The notes under the pieces: model-generated
Told to the model about the DNA's origin: nothing
What the model saw: only the letters and a program-made list of their open reading frames with translations
Databases searched by the model: none
Source of the DNA: a bacterium
Lineage (GTDB): Bacteria > Patescibacteriota > Dojkabacteria > B142 > OLB20
NCBI GenBank assembly: GCA_029567095.1
Contig: JAKQLP010000051.1
Location: 1 to 49,470, forward strand
DNA: 49,470 nt
Direction: 5' to 3'
Shown here: piece by piece, positions 43,779-49,470 of the stretch
Position numbering within the stretch: position 1 is the stretch's first letter
How the letters are laid out: every line of letters begins with the position of its first letter
Made by a program: the position numbers and the translations under genes

Positions 43779-45524
43779 TTATTTAACTAAATTAGAAAGG
43801 AAAGCGATGATTTCTTCGATATAGAAAGGTCGGCCATCGAATTTGTTTAACTTATTATTAAACTCAATTCCAGTTACCTGTTTGATCAAGGTAGCAAGCT
43901 GCATAGTGGCATTAAGCTCAATAATAGCAGTCTGAGTGTTGCCATTTAAGAAAGAAACAATGGGATCTGCCTTTAAGGGCCAACAGTATATAATTTGCAT
44001 TAAAGCAATTTTTTTACCTTGTTTCTCAAGCTCACCAATGGCGGCTTTAATTACCTCAATATTGCTGCCCCAGGTTACTAACTTTAATTCAGCATCCACG
44101 GCATCTCCATAAATTAGAGGATCAGGTAAGTTCGACAGTATTGTATTATTTTTTAACAATCTTTTCTGCATCATTGTTGATATTTCTGTACCTTCCTCAG
44201 TTGAATAGCCTTTAGTAGTATGCTCGTCGCTATTTGCTAGAAATGTCGAGATCTGATCCCCGGGGAACCATCTAGCTGATACTCCATCTTCACTTGGGGC
44301 ATATCTTTTTGTTTCATTATCCCCACTGGTCAGGATCTTTCCCCTATCAATAGTTATACTTTCACTTTTAAATTGTGGAGATAGATAGAAACTTTCCCCT
44401 AAATGCTTATCTAAAAGCATTAATACCGGTGTTTGATATTTTTCTGTTAGATTCAAGGCATCCGCGGTGTATTGAAAAGCTTGCGCTGGATTACCAGGCG
44501 CCAGAACAATTCTGGGAAATTCACCGTGCCCTGCTTTAATTGCTAGATCTAAATCCCCCTGAGCAGTCCAAGTTGGAACTCCAGTAGCCGGGCCTGGCCT
44601 TTGGCCAATAACACAGAAGAATGGAGTTTCCGTCATACCGGATAATGATAGTGCTTCGGTCATTAGATCGAATCCACCACCACTTGTAGCACACATGGAT
44701 CTTGTACCGGCATGAAAGGCGCCGATTACCATATTAGCTGCAGTAATCTCATCTTCAGCCTGTTTAACGACCATTCCATGTTTGGGACCATGTTCTGCCA
44801 GATAGCTTAAGATAGCACTGGCAGGTGTCATGGGATAACTTGAATAAAGTCTTACTCCTGCAGCAATTGCTCCTAAAGCAACAGCCTCATTACCTGAAAT
44901 GAGCATCATATTTTTTACACTTTCATCAGTGTTAAGATTAGATTTGAAAACCAATCCTTTTGCTTTTACATCTTCAAAACCTCCTCTTAGACATTTGATA
45001 TTAAGATCTATCATCTCTTGGGTTTTATTGTATGTTTCAGCTATTAAGGGCTCTAAATCTTCTAATTCAAGTCCTAATAATTCCCAAATCGCGCCCAAAG
45101 CCACGGTGTTTTTCATTAAGGCATTGCCACCAGCGGTGCTGGCAAGATCAGATAATTTTATTGGGACTAGATTAACCTCATTATTTTTAAGTTCGTCAAT
45201 TATGGTTTGTTCAGGCGTAACTGTATTCTCATCATAAAGAATGATGCCCCCCTGGGATAACTCTTTTGTATGTAAAGCTATGGAAGCTTTATCTAGAGCT
45301 AAAAGAATATCTGTTTCCTTTGACAATGGAGCTCCATCGGAGTTGAAAACTTCGATTTGGAATACATTATGACCACCTCTGATCAAAGAAGGATATTCAG
45401 TGTAGCCGAATACTTTATAACCAGATCTCTTCAGAGCTTTGGTCAATATCAATCCAGCTGTTTTAATACCCTGCCCTGCAGCTCCGGCTAACTTTATTAT
45501 CATTCTATTATTGCGATTTTCCAT
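43779..45524 (-). CDS. 2-oxoacid:ferredoxin oxidoreductase, fused gamma-alpha subunit
   Basis: N-terminal POR gamma-type domain (IKLAGAAGQGIKTAGLIL...YPSLIRGGHN) followed by the alpha domain (GNEAVALGAIAAGVRLYSSYPMTPAS). Confidence 0.8.
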   Translation of the reverse strand: MENRNNRMIIKLAGAAGQGIKTAGLILTKALKRSGYKVFGYTEYPSLIRGGHNVFQIEVFNSDGAPLSKETDILLALDKASIALHTKELSQGGIILYDENTVTPEQTIIDELKNNEVNLVPIKLSDLASTAGGNALMKNTVALGAIWELLGLELEDLEPLIAETYNKTQEMIDLNIKCLRGGFEDVKAKGLVFKSNLNTDESVKNMMLISGNEAVALGAIAAGVRLYSSYPMTPASAILSYLAEHGPKHGMVVKQAEDEITAANMVIGAFHAGTRSMCATSGGGFDLMTEALSLSGMTETPFFCVIGQRPGPATGVPTWTAQGDLDLAIKAGHGEFPRIVLAPGNPAQAFQYTADALNLTEKYQTPVLMLLDKHLGESFYLSPQFKSESITIDRGKILTSGDNETKRYAPSEDGVSARWFPGDQISTFLANSDEHTTKGYSTEEGTEISTMMQKRLLKNNTILSNLPDPLIYGDAVDAELKLVTWGSNIEVIKAAIGELEKQGKKIALMQIIYCWPLKADPIVSFLNGNTQTAIIELNATMQLATLIKQVTGIEFNNKLNKFDGRPFYIEEIIAFLSNLVK

Positions 45525-45560
45525 TTATTGATTTTTAAAATATATTTTTAACAAAGTTAA

Positions 45561-46358
45561 TTACTTTTTATTTTTTCCCTTTAAAGTGAAATATGTGATC
45601 AGGGAGCCAATAATAGCAGCTATTACCCAGAAAATACTCTTTAATCCCATGGACTTTTGATCCTGAGATTTACTGCTTTTGGGGAGCATAGAAGTAACTG
45701 AATTTTTTAATTTAGTTGTGGGAATGATCTTGATCAAATTCCCAAATGCCTTAGAAGAAACATATTCCCGCTGTCTCTGGTTGAGTTCAAAATATACTTG
45801 TGGAATATCTTCAATTAAGACATTTTCATAGGTTTTGCCTTCAAAGTTTATCTTTTTGACAAACTCCCTGTCAGTCTCGGTATTTAGGACTATGGCAGTG
45901 GAATTATGATAGAAATTATTAATAAATCTCTCATTAAATCCTAATCCACCTAATAATTTTAGAAATAGTTTCGAGGGCAATGATCTATCAGTTTTTAATT
46001 TACCAAGACTTAATAGGAATGGAGTTTTATTTCTTATCGACCAGAATTGAGCCAGCAGTGAAATGATTCCCTCATCATAGCTGTGAATGATTTCGGGATT
46101 AAATTCACTGAAAAAATTATAGATACTGTTGATCTGCGAAGGAGTTAAGCGTGGTATATCAATCTCTTCATTGCTTTTACATTCTATTCTAAAACTGACC
46201 AAATTTTCATCCCCCATAACCACCTTGGTACTGTTGCCTGCTTCTAGTAACCCAATATCATTTTGAGGATCCCTTTTTAAGATCTCAATCAAACTTTGAA
46301 GATCTTGGTTTACCTCTTTATAATTGCCGTTAAAACTAGGGATAATTAAAATCCTCAT
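45561..46358 (-). CDS. Hypothetical protein resembling only the N-terminal half of a GT-B (GT4-type) glycosyltransferase, with a C-terminal TM anchor
   Basis: The MRILIIPSF start and the IIHSYDEGIISLLA segment resemble the Glyco_trans_4 N-domain. No C-terminal catalytic half is present. It ends with IFWVIAAIIGSLITYFTL followed by KGKNKK. Confidence 0.35.
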   Translation of the reverse strand: MRILIIPSFNGNYKEVNQDLQSLIEILKRDPQNDIGLLEAGNSTKVVMGDENLVSFRIECKSNEEIDIPRLTPSQINSIYNFFSEFNPEIIHSYDEGIISLLAQFWSIRNKTPFLLSLGKLKTDRSLPSKLFLKLLGGLGFNERFINNFYHNSTAIVLNTETDREFVKKINFEGKTYENVLIEDIPQVYFELNQRQREYVSSKAFGNLIKIIPTTKLKNSVTSMLPKSSKSQDQKSMGLKSIFWVIAAIIGSLITYFTLKGKNKK

Positions 46359-46810
46359 TATATTTTCTCCAATACCTCAACTTCAAATATTAAGGTTGAA
46401 TTAGCCGGGATATTAGGCTGTTCTACCTCACCATAACCTAAGGAGGCTGGGATCGTGATTTTCCTTATCCCCCCGATTTTCATCCCTAATAACCCCTGGT
46501 CCCACCCAGCGATCACTTCGCCAACACCAAGGGTAAACTCATATGGCGTTCCTCTGTCTCTAGAGCTGTCGAATTTAGTACCATCAGTTAATGTGCCAAC
46601 GTAATGGACCTTTAAAGTATCTCCAGCGATCACTTCATCCCCTGTTCCAATAACAATATCTTCAGTGGCTACAGTTTCAGTAACAGTATTTATTTCCTGA
46701 TTTTGATCGGTAAGAGGGTTGCCCTCTTGGTCCAGCTTTTCAACTTTAACGCCATTAATCAATAAATACAGTGAGGCAATAAGAGCAATTATTACTAAAG
46801 CTTGTTTCAT
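46358..46810 (-). CDS. FKBP-type peptidyl-prolyl cis-trans isomerase, membrane-anchored or secreted
   Basis: [65 protein letters not shown] is a canonical FKBP domain. The track start at 46894 is TTG. ATG at 46810 gives a signal/anchor, [20 protein letters not shown]. Confidence 0.85.
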   Translation of the reverse strand: MKQALVIIALIASLYLLINGVKVEKLDQEGNPLTDQNQEINTVTETVATEDIVIGTGDEVIAGDTLKVHYVGTLTDGTKFDSSRDRGTPYEFTLGVGEVIAGWDQGLLGMKIGGIRKITIPASLGYGEVEQPNIPANSTLIFEVEVLEKI

Positions 46811-46950
46811 CAATTTGCTAATAAAAGATAAATAAAGTAGGAGGCAATAAAAAACAAAGAAGAATATATTAGTATTAAGAATAAACAGCCACAACCGGCA
46901 ATTATGCCAACTTTTGCGATCTTTTCCTCATCAAACTCATATTTCTTCAT
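46810..46950 (-). CDS. Possible 46-aa single-TM micro-protein, stop overlapping the FKBP start (TGATG)
   Basis: My own translation gives [46 protein letters not shown]. It fills the gap between the Smr and FKBP genes. No clear Shine-Dalgarno sequence, so it could be a chance frame. Confidence 0.25.
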   Translation of the reverse strand: MKKYEFDEEKIAKVGIIAGCGCLFLILIYSSLFFIASYFIYLLLAN

Positions 46951-46959
46951 AGAATCATC

Positions 46960-47214
46960 TTAACAACCCAGAAGCCAAACTGCAATTGCGCCCTCATCTC
47001 CATAGCCCCAGAGTGGAGTTTCAATCTTCTTCACCAACTTTGACCTTTTCAAAATCCTTATGACTTCTCTATGCATTATGCCTTTACCTTTACCTGTTAT
47101 TACTAGCAAGAGATGATCGCCTTCTAAATAGGAGTGTTTCAGAAATGATTCTAGTTCGAACTCAATTTGCTGAGGATTGATATTATGTAGGTCTAGAGTC
47201 TTGTCAAAAATCAT
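46960..47214 (-). CDS. Stand-alone Smr-domain protein
   Basis: LDLHNINPQQIEFELESFL...LLVITGKGKG matches the Smr LDLHG...ii.GkG pattern. Overlaps the folC stop by 4 nt. Confidence 0.65.
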   Translation of the reverse strand: MIFDKTLDLHNINPQQIEFELESFLKHSYLEGDHLLLVITGKGKGIMHREVIRILKRSKLVKKIETPLWGYGDEGAIAVWLLGC

Positions 47215-48494
47215 AATGCTAGATTCCCGATCAAATACATTGAACCAGTAATGACAATAATCTCTGCATCCTTATCACCTAAGGCTAATTTTAACGCTCT
47301 ATTAACATCTTCGACTATCTCATATGAATGAAATCCTAACTGTTGTAATTCATATGCTATCTTCCTAGGAGGATAAGCAGGCGGTTTAGTTAATTCTGCA
47401 TTGTCTTCGAAACTAGTTATATATATCTTGGATGCACTCTCAATTATTGCTTTTAGACAATTAATTACATCTTTATTAGCTTTATAGGAAAGGATGTAAT
47501 GTTTTTTTGAAGAAGAATATTTAGTTTCAACTGCTTTCACTAAGGCCGCGATCTTTTGAGGATTATGAGCCCCATCAATAACAACAATATGATCCTCAAT
47601 ATTTTTTATTTCAAAACGCCCGGGGAATTGTAAATTTTCTAATCTTTTTATTAATTTCTCCTTATTAATTTTTAATTTCCTTTGCTTAATAACTAGATCA
47701 AAAACGCTTAAACATAATGCGGCGTTTTCTAACTGATGTTCACCATACATACCGATCTTTATATCCCCCCAATCTAGGAAACGACCGATATTGTTAATAG
47801 GATCAAGGGTAATTGGTCGCTTAACAATATTTAATTTCGCAGTTTTACTTTGAGCTGTTTTACCAATCGTTTCCAGCACTTCTTTAGTTTGGTCGATTAC
47901 AAAGACCTCACCCCCTGAAGGAATAATTCCTGCCTTTTGCTGGGCAATCTCTTTTAAACTCTCTCCTAATATATGGGTATGATCGAATCCAATTTTGGTG
48001 ATAATGCTGATCTTATCTCTTCTTTCAATAACGTTAGTGGCATCTAGTAAACCTCCCAGACCTGTTTCTATCACAGCATAATCGATCTTTTTATCTGAAA
48101 AATACTTAAAAGCGATAATTGTAAGAAGTTCAAAATAGCTGACAGGTCCAACCTGATTAATAATAGGTTTTAAACTCTCATAAGTTGCTACAAATTCATC
48201 CTCCTTTATTAAATTGCCATCAATAGAGATCCGTTCTTTGATATCTTTAATATGAGGAGATAATAGCAATCCAGTTCTAAGACCAGCTTCATTTAATAAA
48301 GAGCTAAGTATGAAAGCGGTTGATCCTTTACCTGAAGTACCTGCAATATGAATTACAGGATAACCATTCTGGGGTTTGCCAATTAATGAAAGTATCTCCC
48401 CTACTCTTCTTAATCCCTCTACACCAGAGAATTTTCGGTCTCTATCACTTAAGATCAGAGAATTGAAATATTCCAATAAATCAGCGTAAGTCAT
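47211..48494 (-). CDS. folC: Folylpolyglutamate synthase / dihydrofolate synthase (Mur-ligase family)
   Basis: IHIAGTSGKGST P-loop, the SPH motif (LLSPHIKDI), ETGLGG and DGAHNP. Confidence 0.8.
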   Translation of the reverse strand: MTYADLLEYFNSLILSDRDRKFSGVEGLRRVGEILSLIGKPQNGYPVIHIAGTSGKGSTAFILSSLLNEAGLRTGLLLSPHIKDIKERISIDGNLIKEDEFVATYESLKPIINQVGPVSYFELLTIIAFKYFSDKKIDYAVIETGLGGLLDATNVIERRDKISIITKIGFDHTHILGESLKEIAQQKAGIIPSGGEVFVIDQTKEVLETIGKTAQSKTAKLNIVKRPITLDPINNIGRFLDWGDIKIGMYGEHQLENAALCLSVFDLVIKQRKLKINKEKLIKRLENLQFPGRFEIKNIEDHIVVIDGAHNPQKIAALVKAVETKYSSSKKHYILSYKANKDVINCLKAIIESASKIYITSFEDNAELTKPPAYPPRKIAYELQQLGFHSYEIVEDVNRALKLALGDKDAEIIVITGSMYLIGNLAL

Positions 48495-48539
48495 TGAGAT
48501 AATTTGAAATCTTTTCGATTATACCATTCCGATTGCACT

Positions 48540-49373
48540 TTATTTATCGAAAGCGGGTTCGTCTTCCTTAATAATATCTCGGTATTTAACCTGCTTGCTC
48601 ATATTTAGTATCAGATTTTTCACTACCCCCGGAGCAAATCTATATAGTGTTCCATATATTTTGGAACTAAAAGGAATTGGAATCTGACCTTCTTTATTAA
48701 AAATCGCGTCATAAACTGTATCTGAGACGACCTCAACTTCAATAGCATCCTGCAGTTTAGATAGATCTACGTTCGCTTTTTCTTTAGCAAAGAATTCCGT
48801 TTTGACCGGACCAGGATGAATTGTGGTAACTTTAACGTTAAATGGTTGCATTTCCATTTGTAAGCAGGAAGCAAACCCAGTTATTGCCCACTTCGAAGCA
48901 ACATATACGCTCCATTGTGGTACGCTGATCAAACCTGCTAAGGATGAAGACATGATAATATGGCCTTGTTTTTGTCTTGTCATAACCTCGCTGGCAAATT
49001 TGCTGACCATGATCATGCCTGTAACATTCACATCTATCATTTGTTGGATCTCTTCAACTTTCAAGTCTGTTAGATTGGCAATATGCCCTAGTCCAGCGTT
49101 ATTAAACACTACATCGATTGTCCCACATAATTTTACCGCCTCTAAAAACAATGCTCGAATTTCATCTACTTTTGTTACATCCGCTACTATTACATGCACT
49201 TTAGCTTTAGGGTTCAGACTGGAAATGGAATTTTTAACTTCCATTAATTTTTCCTTATTTCTAGCTGATAGAATCAGTGTGCAGTCATCTTGGGCGCATC
49301 TAAGGGCCACCGCTTTACCAAAGCCTGAAGATGCTCCAGTGATTAGAATTGTTTTGCCATTAAGTTTGGACAT
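48540..49373 (-). CDS. Short-chain dehydrogenase/reductase (classical SDR)
   Basis: TGASSGFGKA cofactor motif, NNAG, and the active-site YVASKWA (YxxxK). Confidence 0.8.
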   Translation of the reverse strand: MSKLNGKTILITGASSGFGKAVALRCAQDDCTLILSARNKEKLMEVKNSISSLNPKAKVHVIVADVTKVDEIRALFLEAVKLCGTIDVVFNNAGLGHIANLTDLKVEEIQQMIDVNVTGMIMVSKFASEVMTRQKQGHIIMSSSLAGLISVPQWSVYVASKWAITGFASCLQMEMQPFNVKVTTIHPGPVKTEFFAKEKANVDLSKLQDAIEVEVVSDTVYDAIFNKEGQIPIPFSSKIYGTLYRFAPGVVKNLILNMSKQVKYRDIIKEDEPAFDK

Positions 49374-49426
49374 TTTTATTGAGGGTAATATGTAATATAA
49401 TAAGAAGAATTTTTAATATAATCAAA

Positions 49427-49470
49427 TGAGAAAAACGCTAGCTTTAATAACATTATCACAATTATTTTTC
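49427..49470 (+). CDS. Start of an unidentified gene (signal-peptide-like N-terminus), truncated by the window end
   Basis: The ATG at 49427 gives MRKTLALITLSQLFF. Only 14 codons are visible. Confidence 0.2.

Noticed and set aside
1-49470. CRISPR arrays, rRNA genes, IS elements or transposases, and an alternative genetic code
   Set aside because: I saw no regularly spaced direct repeats, no rRNA-like conserved stretches and no transposase-like ORFs or terminal inverted repeats. Long housekeeping ORFs are intact with TGA/TAA/TAG as stops, so code 11 fits.

Overview
AT-rich, very compact bacterial window. About 40 of roughly 48 genes are on the minus strand, many neighbours overlap by 1-4 nt, and the standard genetic code applies because long frames stay intact with TGA as a stop. 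The gene content and style (short aaRS variants, membrane-anchored solute-binding protein, many lineage-specific membrane proteins) suggest a reduced-genome, Patescibacteria/CPR-like organism; that assignment is inference only.

Most of the window is housekeeping:
- rnc'-nusB-rpmF, rsmD, a SpoU-family methylase, uppP, recG and tyrS
- tRNA-Ser, a class A PBP, and the classical thrS-infC-rpmI-rplT-pheS-pheT block
- tRNA-Val, clpP, mutL, murB and alaS
- a PduO-type adenosyltransferase, a 2-oxoacid:ferredoxin oxidoreductase pair, an FKBP, an Smr protein, folC and an SDR

Three accessory patches stand out.
1. 6.4-9.7 kb, next to tRNA-Ser: an anchored surface protein, an HTH-DUF4065/Panacea-like fusion, and a three-gene operon of unknowns.
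2. 22.26-22.8 kb: a small RHH/RelE-like pair wedged between mutL and murB.
3. About 26.4-42.4 kb, the main candidate. A tightly packed six-gene minus-strand operon (28999-40970) encodes a 1673-aa protein with an HExxH motif and a C-terminal TM hairpin, three soluble helical proteins, a 557-aa polytopic protein and an 827-aa glycine-zipper-rich polytopic protein. I could assign none of them to a known family and none has an NTPase motif. The operon is flanked by a divergent acidic Pro/Thr/Ser/Met-rich tail-anchored protein, a convergent orphan solute-binding protein and a membrane-anchored unknown.

A second notable observation concerns the thrS-position gene. It keeps the ThrRS editing-site residues but has substitutions at all three zinc ligands and at both invariant class II arginines.
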